A stretch of DNA of 64,000 nucleotides, from assembly GCA_032718475.1 (NCBI GenBank), contig JAUCBJ010002087.1, forward strand, positions 438 to 64,437, given 5' to 3'. This stretch comes from Nemertoderma westbladi. Its lineage: Eukaryota > Animalia > Xenacoelomorpha. A model generated the notes under the pieces. It had not been told where the DNA came from. It searched no databases and saw only the letters and a program-made list of their open reading frames with translations. Positions 47,485 through 62,190 of the stretch are shown in pieces. The position numbers and the translations under genes were made by a program. Positions within the stretch are counted from its first letter, which is position 1. Each line of letters begins with the position of its first letter.

Positions 47485-50400
47485 TCGGACGGACCTTTTT
47501 CTTATTCAGACCTTCTTTCTATTCGGACCTCCGTCCCACTCGCACCTTCTTCCCATTCGGACCTTCTTCCTATTCGGACCTTCTTTCTATTCGGACCTCC
47601 GTCCCACTCGCACCTTCTTCCTATTCGGACCTCCGTCCCACTCGCACCTTCTTCCCATTCGGACCTTCTTCCTATTCGGACCTTCTTCCTATTCGGACCT
47701 CCGTCCCACTCGGACCTTCTTCCTATTCGGACCTTCTTCCTATTCGGACCTTCTTCCTATTCGGACCTCCGTCCCACTCGCACCTTCTTCCCATTCGGAC
47801 CTTCTTCCTATTCGGACCTTCTTCCTATGCGGACCTCCGTCCCACTCGGACGTTCTTCCTATTCGGACCTCCGTCCCACTCGCACCTTCTTCCTATTCGG
47901 ACCTCCGTCCCACTCGCACCTTCTTCCCATTCGGACCTTCTTCCTATTCGGACCTTCTTCCTATTCGGACCTCCGTCCCACTCGGACCTTCTTCCTATTC
48001 GGTCCTCCGTCCCACTCGGACCTTCTTCCTATTCGGACCTCCGTCCCACTCGGACCTTCTTCTTATTCGAACCTCCTTCCTATTCGGACCTACGTCCCAC
48101 TCGGACCTTCTTCCTATTCGGACCTTCTTTCTATTCGGACTTCAGTCCCACTCGGACCTTCTTCCTATTCGGACCTCCGTCCCACTCGCACCTTCTTCCT
48201 ATTCGGACCACCGTCCCACTCGGACCTTCTTCCTATTCGGACCTCCGTCCCACTCAGACCTTCTTCCTATTCGGACCTCTGTCCCACTCGGACCTTCTTT
48301 CTATTCGGACCTCTGTTCCACTCGGACCTTCTTCCTATTCGGACCTTCTTCCTATTCGGACCTCCGTCCCACTCGGACCTTCTTCCTATTCGGACCTCCT
48401 TCCTATTCGGACCTACGTCCCACTTGGACCTTCTTCCTATTCGGACCTTCTTTCTATTCGGACTTCAGTCCCACTCGGACCTTCTTCCTATTCGGACCTC
48501 CGTCCCACTCGCACCTTCTTCCTATTCGGACCACCGTCCCACTCGGACCTTCTTCCTATTCGGACCTCCGTCCCACTCAGACCTTCTTCCTATTCGGACC
48601 TCCGTCCCACACGGACCTTCTTCCTATTCGGACCTTCTTCCTATTCGGACCTCCGTCCCACTCAGACCTTCCTATTCGGACCTCCGTCCCACTCGGACCT
48701 TCTTCCTATTCGGACCTCTGTCCCACTCGGACCTTCTTCCTATTCGGACCTCTGTCCCACTCGGACCTTCTTCCTAGTCGGAACTTCTTCCTATTCGGAC
48801 CTCCGTCCCACACGGGCCTTCTTCCTATTCGGACCTCCGTCCCACTCGGACCTTCTTCCTATTCGGACCTCTGTCCCACTCGGACCTTCTTCCTATTCGG
48901 ACCTCTGTCCCACTCGGACCGTCTTCCTATTCGGACCTTCTTCCTATTCGGACCTCCGTCCCACTCGGACCTTCTTCCTATTCGGACCTCCGTCCCACTC
49001 GGACCTTCTTCCTATTCGGACCTCCGTCCCACTCGGACCTTCTTCCTATTCGGACCTCCGTCCCACTCAGACCTTCTTCCTATTCGGACCTCCGTCCCAC
49101 TCAGACCTTCTTCCTATTCGGACCTCCGTCCCACTCAGACCTTCTTCCTATTCGGACCTCCGTCCCACTCGGACCTTCTTCCTATTCGGACCTCCTTCCT
49201 ATTCGGACCTCCGTCCCACTCAGACCTTCTTCCTATTCAGACCTCTGTCCCACTCAAACCTTCTTCCTATTCGGACCTCTGTCCCACTCGGACCTTCTTC
49301 CTATTCGGACCTCTGTTCCACTCGGACCTTCTTCATATTCGGACCTCCGTCCCACTCGGACCTTCTTCCTATTCGGACCTCCGTCCCACTCGGACCTTCT
49401 TCCTATTCGGACCTACGTCCCATTCGGACCTTCTTCCTATTCGGACCTCCGTCCCACTCAGACCTTCTTCCTATTCGGACCTCCGTCCTACTCGGACCTT
49501 CTTCCTATTCGGACCTCTGTCCCACTCGGACCTTCTTCCTATTCGGACCTCCATCCCACTCGGACCTTCTTCCTATTCGGACATCTGTCCCACTCGGACC
49601 TTCTTCCTATTCGGACCTCTGTCCCACTCGGACCTTCTTCCTATTCGGACCTTCTTCGTATTCGGACCTCCGTCCCACACGGACCTTCTTCCTATTCAGA
49701 CCTCTGTCCCACTCGGACCTTCTTCCTATTCGGACCTCTGTCCCACTCGGACCTTCTTCCTATTCGGACCTCTGTCCCACTCGGACCTTCTTCCTATTCG
49801 GACCTCTGTCCCACTCGGACCTTCTTCCTATTCGGACCTTCTTCCTATTCGGACCTCCGTCCCACTCGGACCTTCTTCCTATTCGGACCTTCTTCCTATT
49901 CGGACCTCCGTCCCACTCGGACCTTCTTCCTATTCGGACCTTCTTCCCACTCGGACCTTCTTCCTATTCGGACCTCCGTCCCACTCGGGCCTTCTTCCTA
50001 TTCGGACCTTCTTCCTATTCGGACCTTTGTCCCACTCGGACCTTCTTCCTATTCGGACCTCCGTCCCACTCGGGCCTTCTTCCTATTCGGACCTTCTTCC
50101 TATTCGGACCTCTGTCCCACTCGGACCTTCTTCCTATTCGGACCTTCTTCCTATTCGGACCTCCGTCCCACACGGACCTTCTTCCTATTCGGACCTCCGT
50201 CCCACTCGGACCTCCGTCCCACTCGGACCTTCTTCCTATTCGGACCTCCATCCCACTCGGACCTTCTTCCTATTCGGACCTCCGTCCCACTCAAACCTTC
50301 TTCCTATTCGGACCTCTGTCCCACTCGGACCTTCTTCCTATTCGGACCTCCGTCCCACACGGACCTTCTTCCTATTCGGACCTTCTTCCTATTCGGACCT

Positions 50401-53400
50401 CCGTCCCACTCAGACCTTCCTATTCGGACCTCCGTCCCACTCGGACCTTCTTCCTATTCGGACCTCTGTCCCACTCGGACCTTCTTCCTATTCGGACCTC
50501 TGTCCCACTCGGACCTTCTTCCTATTCGGAACTTCTTCCTATTCGGACCTCCTTCCCACACGGACCTTCTTCCTATTCGGACCTTCTTCCTATTCGGACC
50601 TCCGTCCCACTCAGACCTTCCTATTCGGACCTCCGTCCCACTCGGACCTTCTTCCTATTCGGACCTCTGTCCCACTCGTACCTTCTTCCTATTCGGACCT
50701 CTGTCCCACTCGGACCTTCTTCCTATTCGGAACTTCTTCCTATTCGGACCTCCGTCCCACTCAGACCTTCCTATTCGGACCTCCGTCCCACTCGGACCTT
50801 CTTCCTATTCGGACCTCCGTCCCACTCGGTCCTTCTTCCTATTCGGACCTCTGTCCCACTCGGACCTTCTTCCTATTCGGACCTCTGTCCCACTCGGACC
50901 TTCTTCCTATTCGGACCTTCTTCCTATTCGGACCTCCGTCCCACACGGACCGGACCTTCTTCCTATTCGGACCTCCGTCCCACTCGGACCTTCTTCCTAT
51001 TCGGACCTCCGTCCCACTCGGACCTTCTTCCTATTCAGACCTCCGTCCCACTCAGACCTTCTTCCTATTCGGAATTCCGTCCCACTCGGACCTTCTTCCT
51101 ATTCGGACCTCCGTCCCACTCAGACCTTCTTCATATTCGGACCTCCGTCCCACTCGGACCTTCTTCCTATTCGGACCTCCGTCCCACTCGGACCTTCTTC
51201 CTATTCGGACCTCCGTCCCACTCAGACCTTCTTCCTATTCGGACCTCCGTCCCACTCGGACCTTCTTCCTATTCGGACCTTCTTCCTATTCGGACCTCTG
51301 TCCCACTCGGACCTTCTTCCTATTCGGACCTCCGTCCCACTCAGACCTTCTTCATATTCGGACCTCCGTCCCACTCGGACCTTCTTCCTATTCGGACCTC
51401 CGTCCCACTCGGACCTTCTTCCTATTCGGACCTCCGTCCCACTCAGACCTTCTTCATATTCGGACCTCCGTCCCACTCGGACCTTCTTCCTATTCGGACC
51501 TCCGTCCCACTCGGACCTTCTTCCTATTCGGACCTCCGTCCCACTCAGACCTTCTTCCTATTCGGACCTCCGTCCCACTCGGACCTTCTTCCTATTCGGA
51601 CCTTCTTCCTATTCGGACCTCTGTCCCACTCGGACCTTCTTCCTATTCGGACCTCCGTCCCACTCAGACCTTCTTCCTATTCGGACCTCCGTCCCACTCA
51701 GACCTTCTTCCTATTCGGACCTCCGTCCCACTCAGACCTTCTTCCTATTCGGACCTCCTTCCTATTCGGACCTCCGTCCCACTCGGACCTTCTTCCTATT
51801 CAGACCTCTGTCCCACTCGGACCTCCTTCCTATTCGGACCTCCGTCCCACTCGGACCTTCTTCCTATTCAGACCTCCGTCCCACTCGGACCTTCTTCCTA
51901 TTCGGACCTTCTTCCTATTCGGACCTCCGTCCCACTCGGACCTTCTTCCTATTCGGACCTCCGTCCCACTCAGACCCTCTTCCTATTCGGACCTCCGTCC
52001 CACTCAGACCTTCTTCCTATTCGGACCTCCGTCCCACTCGGACCTTCTTCCTATTCGGACCTCCGTCCCACTCGGACCTTCTTCCTATTCGGACCTTCTT
52101 CCTATTCGGACCTCCGTCCCACTCGGACCTTCTTCCTATTCGGACCTTCTTCCTATTCGGACCTCCGTCCCACTCGGACCTTCTTCCTATTCGGACCTTC
52201 TTCCCACTCGGACCTTCTTCCTATTCGGACCTCCGTCCCACTCGGGCCTTCTTCCTATTCGGACCTTCTTCCTATTCGGACCTCTGTCCCACTCGGACCT
52301 TCTTCCTATTCGGACCTCCGTCCCACTCGGGCCTTCTTCCTATTCGGACCTTCTTCCTATTCGGACCTCTGTCCCACTCGGACCTTCTTCCTATTCGGAC
52401 CTTCTTCCTATTCGGACCTCCGTCCCACACGGACCTTCTTCCTATTCGGACCTCCGTCCCACTCGGACCTCCGTCCCACTCGGACCTTCTTCCTATTCGG
52501 ACCTCCATCCCACTCGGACCTTCTTCCTATTCGGACCTCCGTCCCACTCAAACCTTCTTCCTATTCGGACCTCTGTCCCACTCGGACCTTCTTCCTATTC
52601 GGACCTCCGTCCCACACGGACCTTCTTCCTATTCGGACCTTCTTCCTATTCGGACCTCCGTCCCACTCAGACCTTCCTATTCGGACCTCCGTCCCACTCG
52701 GACCTTCTTCCTATTCGGACCTCTGTCCCACTCGGACCTTCTTCCAATTCGGACCTCTGTCCCACTCGGACCTTCTTCCTATTCGGAACTTCTTCCTATT
52801 CGGACCTCCTTCCCACACGGACCTTCTTCCTATTCGGACCTTCTTCCTATTCGGACCTCCGTCCCACTCAGACCTTCCTATTCGGACCTCCGTCCCACTC
52901 GGACCTTCTTCCTATTCGGACCTCTGTCCCTCCCGTACCTTCTTCCTATTCGGACCTCTGTCCCACTCGGACCTTCTTCCTATTCGGAACTTCTTCCTAT
53001 TCGGACCTCCGTCCCACTCAGACCTTCCTATTCGGACCTCCGTCCCACTCGGACCTTCTTCCTATTCGGACCTCCGTCCCACTCGGTCCTTCTTCCTATT
53101 CGGACCTCTGTCCCACTCGGACCTTCTTCCTATTCGGACCTCTGTCCCACTCGGACCTTCTTCCTATTCGGACCTTCTTCCTATTCGGACCTCCGTCCCA
53201 CACGGACCGGACCTTCTTCCTATTCGGACCTCCGTCCCACTCGGACCTTCTTCCTATTCGGACCTCCGTCCCACTCGGACCTTCTTCCTATTCAGACCTC
53301 CGTCCCACTCAGACCTTCTTCCTATTCGGAATTCCGTCCCACTCGGACCTTCTTCCTATTCGGACCTCCGTCCCACTCAGACCTTCTTCATATTCGGACC

Positions 53401-55527
53401 TCCGTCCCACTCGGACCTTCTTCCTATTCGGACCTCCGTCCCACTCGGACCTTCTTCCTATTCGGACCTCCGTCCCACTCAGACCTTCTTCCTATTCGGA
53501 CCTCCGTCCCACTCGGACCTTCTTCCTATTCGGACCTTCTTCCTATTCGGACCTCTGTCCCACTCGGACCTTCTTCCTATTCGGACCTCCGTCCCACTCA
53601 GACCTTCTTCATATTCGGACCTCCGTCCCACTCGGACCTTCTTCCTATTCGGACCTCCGTCCCACTCGGACCTTCTTCCTATTCGGACCTCCGTCCCACT
53701 CAGACCTTCTTCATATTCGGACCTCCGTCCCACTCGGACCTTCTTCCTATTCGGACCTCCGTCCCACTCGGACCTTCTTCCTATTCGGACCTCCGTCCCA
53801 CTCAGACCTTCTTCCTATTCGGACCTCCGTCCCACTCGGACCTTCTTCCTATTCGGACCTTCTTCCTATTCGGACCTCTGTCCCACTCGGACCTTCTTCC
53901 TATTCGGACCTCCGTCCCACTCAGACCTTCTTCCTATTCGGACCTCCGTCCCACTCAGACCTTCTTCCTATTCGGACCTCCGTCCCACTCAGACCTTCTT
54001 CCTATTCGGACCTCCTTCCTATTCGGACCTCCGTCCCACTCGGACCTTCTTCCTATTCAGACCTCTGTCCCACTCGGACCTCCTTCCTATTCGGACCTCC
54101 GTCCCACTCGGACCTTCTTCCTATTCAGACCTCTGTCCCACTCGGACTTTCTTCCTATTCGGACTTCTTCCTATTCGGACCTCTTTCCCACACGGACCTT
54201 CTTCCTATTCGGACCTTCTTCCTATTCGGACCTCCGTCCCACTCGGACCTTCTTCCTATTCGGACCTCCGTCCCACTCAGACCTTCTTCCTATTCGGACC
54301 TCCGTCCCACTCAGACCTTCTTCCTATTCGGACCTCCGTCCCACTCGGACCTTCTTCCTATTCGGACCTCCGTCCCACTCAGACCTTCTTCCTATTCGGA
54401 CCTCCGTCCCACTCGGACCTTCTTCCTATTTGGACCTTCTTCCTATTCGGACCTCCGTCCCACTCGGACCTTCTTCCTATTCAGACCTCTGTCCCACTCG
54501 GACTTTCTTCCTATTCGGACCTTCTTCCTATTCGGACCTCTTTCCCACACGGACCTTCTTCCTATTCGGACCTTCTACCTATTCGGACCTCCGTCCCACT
54601 CGGACCTTCTTCCTATTCGGACCTCCGTCCCACTCGGACCTTCTTCCTATTCGGACCTCCGTTCCACTCGGACCTTCTTCCTATTCAGACCTCCTACTCC
54701 TACTAGGATCGGCATGCTGCATTGCAGCTGCATTTTTAAGAATGCTGTGCCGGCTTGTCGACATAATTGCGCCGCCACAACTCCCTATCACCCATGGCAT
54801 TTGCTAGATCATCCGCATCTTCAAGGCCAGTGTCCTTTAAGATGCGTCCCAAGAAAGTCATGTGCTGTCCACCATGCTTATTCACTCCATGAGGCTGCCA
54901 AAGCACAAGATTATGCACTGGCTGGTCCTCACGGCGAAAGCAATCTCCTGTAAAGCGGAGACGACTTTGTTCCAGTGTCAAGCTTGGGGAAACCAATGAG
55001 ACACCTCCAATGTTATATAGTGTCTGATTCGAGATGTGTGATTTGGACCTCTGTTCCACTCGGACCTCCGTCCAACTCGGATCTCCGTCCAACTCGGACC
55101 TCCATCCCACTCGGAAATTCTTCCTATTCGGACTTCCGTCCAATCTCGGACCTCCGTTCCACTCGGACCTCCGTCCCACTCGGACCTCTTTCCCACTCGG
55201 ACCTCCGTCCCACTCGGACCTCCGTCCCACTCGGACCTCCGTCCCACTCGGACCTCCGTCCCACTCGGACCTCTTTCCCACTCGGACCTCCGTCCCACTC
55301 GGACCTCCGTCCCACTCGGACCTCCGTCCCACTCGGACCTCCGTCCCACTCGGACCTCCATCCCACTCGGACCTCCGTCCCACTCGGACCTCCGTCCCAC
55401 TCGGACCTCCGTCCCACCCGGACCCCCGTCCCACTCTGATCTCCGTCCCACTCGGACCTCCGTCCCACTCGGACCCCCGTCCCACTCTGACCTCCGTCCC
55501 ACTCGGGCCTCCGTCACACTCGGACCT
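47485..55527. repeat. 17-bp two-variant minisatellite/satellite array (~8 kb)
   Basis: Units TCGGACCTTCTTCCTAT and TCGGACCTCCGTCCCAC interleaved; internal 2257-bp higher-order duplication; interrupted at ~54690-55045. Confidence 0.97.
54690..55045 (-). mobile_element. 3' end of an RTE-like LINE within the satellite
   Basis: SRLRFTGDCFRREDQPVHNLVLWQPHG...ILKDTGL..LANAMGDRELWRR resembles the RTE ORF2 C-terminus; short tagtaggagtagg tail. Confidence 0.8.
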
Positions 55528-56881
55528 TCTTATTATTGAGACTGTGATAGTAATACAAATCCTAGCAAAGAAGTCGAAGAAAATAAATGGCGAGAAACGA
55601 ATACTTTTATATTGAAAATGTCTGAAAATTAGCATTTCATTAACGAACGGTAGATGAGTCCTAAACTCAAGTATTAACTAGACGAGACTAAATATCACCA
55701 AAATAATAATAAAATTACATAAACGAATATCTATAATAGGGACCGGCTAATCATATCAATCTTGTGCTTAATTGAGCGCTAACCAAAATAAATATATATT
55801 AATTTTAATAATAATCTTAAGTACGTTTTCTACAAATATCTAGAATATTGTGTATGAGACATTCACGAAATATTACGATCATATATATCTGTGCTTAATG
55901 CGCTTCTAATAAGGTGTTGTCAAATTCGGCTTAGCAAAAATACATAGAAATTCGAACGGCTATTAATTCGTTTACTTTATTGGGCATTTATAGTGCACTA
56001 GGGATGCAAAAGAGCTCCGGCTTTGGTTCCGACTCCGGTCAAATTGATCAGGAGCCAATCCCCAGCTTCTGTTGTTAAAAATCAAAATAATGTTTTTTAA
56101 TCTATGAATAATGTAAATATCATAGATATGAACATATCAAGTGTGGATGGAGGATACTCATTGGCTACAGCTGTTATTCTTGAGTTCACCATCATCCCAC
56201 TTATGAAGTTTAAATTATTTTAATTCTAAAGCCAGTTTAATAATTATAATTCTTGTATTTATATAAAAATTTGCTACCGGTCCTATGTCTGTGTCATTTT
56301 TGGGGATTTATAGAAAACATTTAGAGGTTGTCATTTGCAACAACCAAATATATTATCTGGCTATCTCACTAATTTGTCATTAGACCCAACATCAATATGT
56401 TTTTTATTAGAATCACCATATGAATAACGACCTAACGACGCAGTACTTAATGGACCAATACTGTCTTTCAAACATAATATTAAAATTAATGTAAATTTCC
56501 CCCGAGCAATTTGTCGACCTCTAAAACATTTAGGATAACATTTCATCTCCTAAACACACATCTTTATACTAGAATAATAAATTAGAATCATCAATCGCCA
56601 AAAACTCGTATTTGTTCCGATACCAGATAAGCTCTGTTGCAACTCTAGTGTGTAGGTGTACCTCCAGGCAGGATTGCTAGAGATTGCTACTGTATATAAT
56701 AACTTTGGTGCTGTGAAACGGTAAGTAAGAATATAAATAAATTGTAACGAAACATATTGTTTCAACAACTGGTATCTTTTAAGGTGGAGGCCCGTTGGAA
56801 TTTACACTCATAATTTTTCTAATATCCCATTCTAGTGGTGTCTGTATCTATTTCACTAAACAAAAACCGTTTTGAATTCGA

Positions 56882-58403
56882 TTACTTTGATACTAGTTTA
56901 TGATCTAACGTTTCGCGAACAGCTTGAAGGAAGTCCATAGTGTTGAGATACTGATCGGGTTGTACATTACTAATCCCGTAGATACAACCCGCGAGATCTT
57001 TAGTCATCCGACCTCCATCCACTGTGTCTACGCACGCCGCCTCTAACGCCTCGCACCACCGTTGCAATTCGGGGTTCCCGTCCAACTTGCCCCGATGGCT
57101 CAACCCCCTGGTCCAGGCGAATATACTAGCTATAGGATTGGTCGAGGTTTGGTTCCCTTTCTGGTGCTCCCGGTAGTGGCGTGTTACGGTCCCGTGTGCC
57201 GCTTCCGACTCGATGGTTTTACCGTCCGGACAGATGAGGATGGAAGCCATCAGACCGAGGGACCCGTAACCCTGGGCGATAATATCGGATTCTACGTCCC
57301 CATCGTAGTTCTTACAGGCCCAGACGAATCCACCAGACGACTTCAGGGCCTGGGCGACCATATCGTCAATAAGACGATGTTCGTACCAGATTCCACGGGA
57401 CTCAAAATCCTTCTGGTAATCCGCTGCATAGATCTCATCGAAGATATCTTTGAATCTGCCGTCGTATTTTTTTAGAATTGTGTTCTTTGTGGACATATAT
57501 AGGGGCCATCCCTTGGCGAGAGAGTACTGGAAGCAAGAGTGGGCAAACCCGTTTATGGATTCGTCTGTGTTGTACATTCCTGCGTAAAATAAGTTAACAA
57601 TATACCGTATGTATTCGAAATAGGCCTAGGCCTACTAAAAATTAAGAATTAAAAAAAAATTAACAAAAAAAACAACAAAAGTTCATCCTGTGTTAAACTT
57701 ACTCAAACACTAAACTAACTCCTCTCAAGTTCACTAACTTACCCAAACCAACTCCCCCCGAGTTCACAAAGTTAAACACAGTCATCTTCTTAACTTCCCC
57801 TTTCTGCGGGGTGTATATCATCTCGAACTTCCCGGGACCCTCGGCCACGAAGTCGGTCGCTTTGTACTGATCCCCAAAGGCGTGACGACCGATAATGATG
57901 GGCTTGGTCCACCCCGGGACGAGGCGAGGGATCGTAGAACAAATAATCGGCTCGCGGAAAACTGTTCCTCCTAAAATGTTACGAATCGTTCCGTTGGGCG
58001 ATCTCCACATCTCCTTAAGTTTAAACTCTTCAACCCGCTGCTCGTCCGGCGTTATTGTAGCGCATTTGATACCAACGTTGTATTTGAGTATGGCTCGCGC
58101 AGCTTCCACCGTCACCTCGTCATTCGTCTCATCCCGATACGGCAACCCAAGATCGTAGTATTTACAATCCAGATCGAGGTATGGGAAGACCAATTCCTCT
58201 TTTATTTTCTGCCAGATAATTCTCGTCATTTCGTCCCCGTCCAACTCCACCACAGGGTTGTCTACTTTGATCCTTTTCGCCGCCGTAGTTAATTCCCTAT
58301 GCCAAACAGGCTGCGTGTTGAATGGTTTCCTGGCAACCCTGCGCCCGATTCTGCAACTTGCGGACGGCTTAGTGAAAATCGTAGATAACAGATTTAAACC
58401 CAT
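56882..58403 (-). CDS. IDH2: Isocitrate dehydrogenase [NADP], mitochondrial; 2 exons (58403-57743, 57579-56882), 452 aa
   Basis: Arg-rich transit peptide; [65 protein letters not shown]; GT-AG intron 57580-57742 joins [14 protein letters not shown] in frame. Confidence 0.96.
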
Positions 58404-59438
58404 GATTAGTCTATGTGACTGAATGGATGATACAGCAGTGTACAGTAGTCTGGTAGTGCAGTAGTGGTAGTATGCAGTGATTTGTCTGTAGGCTAGGCTA
58501 GGCTACTTCAGCCTGTCAGTACTTTATTTCTGAACACCTATCGCTGTATCGCTATCAGCATACGGTGTAAACAGGTTCAGAGGTAAGGCAGTAAGGCAGT
58601 TCAGCAGTTTAGCTGGTTGGAACTACTGAAATATGCCTAGTCCGATTTTCTAATCGCTGCTAGCTGACAACTGGACAGCAAGTCAGCTGGTAGCTTTTAA
58701 TGCAGTACAGCAGTAATGCTATTACCGCACCGGCAAACGAAAATAAATTTTAACCTGATATATTTTTGTAAATGCTATGATACCTAACTGCCAAGTGCCA
58801 AACCATGTGATATATGTTCAGCATTGATTGTTTAGCCTATGTTTGAATATTCTATTTTAATACAATTTTAGTTTACAACAGCGTAAGAAAAAATTGTTGG
58901 GCTAGAAACAATTGAAGAAGGGGTAACAAGGCGCCCTGAATCGAGTGGCACAGGACGGTGTGTTTTTTGTAAAAACACGAGGAAACGCAAACGGTCGAAA
59001 TGGCGGGTTTATTAAGTAAGCGCGGGAAGACAATTTTGAAAGGCGGCTGTGACTGGCTGCTACCGGTAAAGAATTTGAGGTCACTACAATGTGCTTTGTC
59101 TCTGATTCTGATAGTTTCTTATCTTGGTTTATATAAAGATTGATAAAATGCTGGTTGTAATTTTAAAAACTAGAGTTGATTACCGGTATATGCTACCTAA
59201 CTAACCACTAACAGTCTCATAAACCTACATATTATTATAACATAGACATATGTACGACCGGGATTCAGGGATGACATATTCCGGTCCAGTCGACAAGTAA
59301 TGTACAATATGCTGCCGGTAAAAAACAACTGTCAGATTTTGTTTATCCTGTTAGCGATAAAGGCCATAGTTCTGAGTTCCAAGCTGTATTGAATACGGTA
59401 AGGCCTACAGATTAGATTTACTACTGTATATGCAGTAA

Positions 59439-59975
59439 GGGGCCGTCCAAGTATGACGTCAGCACTTTAGGGGTTGGGAAAATCTGATGACGTGCTGATG
59501 TGGGGAGGGGAGGGGGTCAGCCAAAATCTGACGTCAGCATGTTTATTTATAGGTGCTAGAAGAGATATAGCAGAAGAGTAAATAGCTTGCCTATTTTAAT
59601 TGTTCGAAGCCCCCGAAGGCCTGTAGCACGACCTTCTGTTTCAGTTACCAGTCACCATGTTTCAGTGATTAGGACGCGTGCTACTGGGGTTCGCCTGAAA
59701 ATGAAACATTAATCCTAATCCTATTATAATAATTAATTAATATTTTACTATAATAATTAAATAATTCATAATTTGATTAAAAATAATAATTGAATGATTT
59801 ACAAGTGATTATAAATAATCTTCATAATATAATAGTTTATTACAAATTTTTTTTAAATCTGATTTAGGGGGGGGGGGGGGGGGGTGGTCAACGCCTATCT
59901 GATAACATCTGATTTAGGGGAGGGAGGGGGTCAATATTGTGGGGAAAAGTGCAGACGTCATACTTGGACGGCCCC
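59439..59975. mobile_element. PIF/Harbinger-type MITE
   Basis: TIRs ggggccgtccaagtatgacgtc / gacgtcatacttggacggcccc; TAA on both flanks (59436-59438, 59976-59978). Confidence 0.9.
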
Positions 59976-61854
59976 TAATAACACTAAACTTGTACTACTG
60001 GTCAGCCACAGCCTGTACTATAATTGTTGGTAGTAGAAGTAGGCTACTCATCAGCTCCTTGGAATATTAAAAATGTGTACCAGTCACCACCGGTAGCGCA
60101 AGAGCGGTAGGTTTACCTTAATTTATGAAGTAAGACGCAATACTCTGATACTACAATGCAATAGGATAAGTGCCTGTATACTGGTCAGGCAATCTGCCAA
60201 GTTTACACTTGTGAACAGCAATTTATCAATGTTCATCATCATGAATTTAATTAATTGTAGTGTCAAAAAAACGCGCCAGACACTCCGCTTTCATTTGATA
60301 TAAGCCACGTGTAAAATGATTGCAATTAAATGTGTATTTGAATGGATCGAAAATCACCCTCCATAAAAATCAAGATAAAAAACTATCAGAGCACTTTGTA
60401 GTGACGACACATCTGAAGCAGCCAATCACAGCCGATTTGCAGAATTGGCTTTCCGCGCTTATTTAAACCTTTCCCTCGTGTTTTTACAAAAAACGCTTCT
60501 AGCCCAACATTTTTTTCGCGCACGAACCCCATTTTTGTAGTTACTTAATATTTAACGATATTTACTACGATATTTAATTAGTTACATTTTGCATTGACAG
60601 ACCAAGATATATAATTATTATACCAAACTATCATTTATTTTATAGCGGTGAATTAATATTCTTTAAGTTAATAGTTAATACCATATTATTATTATTACCG
60701 CATGGAAAGAGATTGGCATACGTTATTGGCATACAACAAGAATTATTAAATTTAATAAATTATCAAACATCAAAGGAACTAACATTGTGATTATACTAAA
60801 GTCAAAACCTAAATGTATAATGATGTATAAAGGAGCCTAGCGGAATGAACTATTATGTAATATATTAGCTGTTTACTACATAATTAATAATTTACCTTAA
60901 ACTTCGTAATATCACGTTTTAGAACAAATAAAGGTCTTAAGATATTTGCAAATACACCAAGGACATAATATGATCATTTCCCATCTACAGTATGCAGTTT
61001 CATCAAGTTGCTAGTCTAGGTCATGTTGTGAACTTGTACAAATAATACTGTAGGTTAGAGGTATCATTACACCAAATACTTAAATATATAAACTATGGAT
61101 ATTATGTATATTACTTATGTACACCATGACCCGTAATATATTGTCAATTTGTTGTTGACACGGACCTCCCCCCCCCCCCCCCAGATTTTTCTTCAAATCT
61201 TTTATCATATTGCTTGAAATTTGAAAGAGAGCTAGTTAAACCCACCGACTTTGTCCCCATGAATTCATAATTTTCGATGTTGCCTTTAAATTTTTTATAA
61301 AAGTTTATAAAAAAAGTGTCTATTGCTAAATCGCACTCATTTACGCATCATTCACTCATCGCTCACTCTCGCATCCCATTTATTCCCATTATCAAAGGAA
61401 TGCTTGGGTTAATATCTGAATTTCGATGAGAAACAGCTGAGACATGCAGCTGAAACGGCTAAATATGAGTTTGTTAATCAACTATAATTATACCCAATTT
61501 CGTAGCATAATTTATTGAAATTTGAAATAAAAATAGAGGGGGGGGGGGGGGGGGGGGGGGGGGGGTTGGCTCTGACTTGCTAAAAATGGTTGTTGTATTA
61601 ATCGATATGATGTACATGAGGAAATAATACTAATTGCAGATGAGGCAGCCAAAACAATTCAACACTTAAATCATAATGGGCTGGGGGAAGATGGATTTAT
61701 AAAGTATTTGGTTAAACACGGAGTGTACCATGAATTACGTGATTGTGAAAAACACATGATAAATCGAATTCCAGTGGGTTTGATCGTAACACTCCTATTT
61801 GTATTGGACAAATCATCATTTGAATTTGATAATTTTTTAGACTCGTTAAGCCAA

Positions 61855-62190
61855 GATCACCCATGGTGGTGAACAGGTATTCCATTGGGAAACAGAGTGG
61901 AAGGGTTTACTGTGGAAGATCACCCGTGGTGGTGAAGAGGCGTTCCTTAAAGGTAACAGAGTTGAAGGGTTTACTGTGGAAAATCACCCATGGTGCTGAA
62001 CATACATTCTTTTAGGAAACAAAGTGGAAGGGTTTACAATGGAAGATCAACCATGGTGGTGAACAGGTATTCCATTGGGAAACAGAGTGGAAGGGTTTAC
62101 AATGGAAGATCAACCATGGTGGTGAACAGGTATTCCATTGGGAAACAGAGTGGAAGGGTTTACTGTGGAAGATCAACCATGGTGGTGAAG
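61855..62190. repeat. ~63-bp minisatellite, ~5 copies
   Basis: ccatggtggtgaacaggtattccattgggaaacagagtggaagggtttac..tggaagatca repeated. Confidence 0.92.

Noticed and set aside
47439-54953. 2504-aa and 2415-aa ORFs
   Set aside because: They are translations of a 17-bp satellite whose plus strand lacks stop codons; all frames give the same peptide cycle, so there is no evidence of a real protein
47485-55527. CRISPR-like repeat-spacer array
   Set aside because: The 'spacers' are only two recurring variants, there are no cas genes, and the context is eukaryotic
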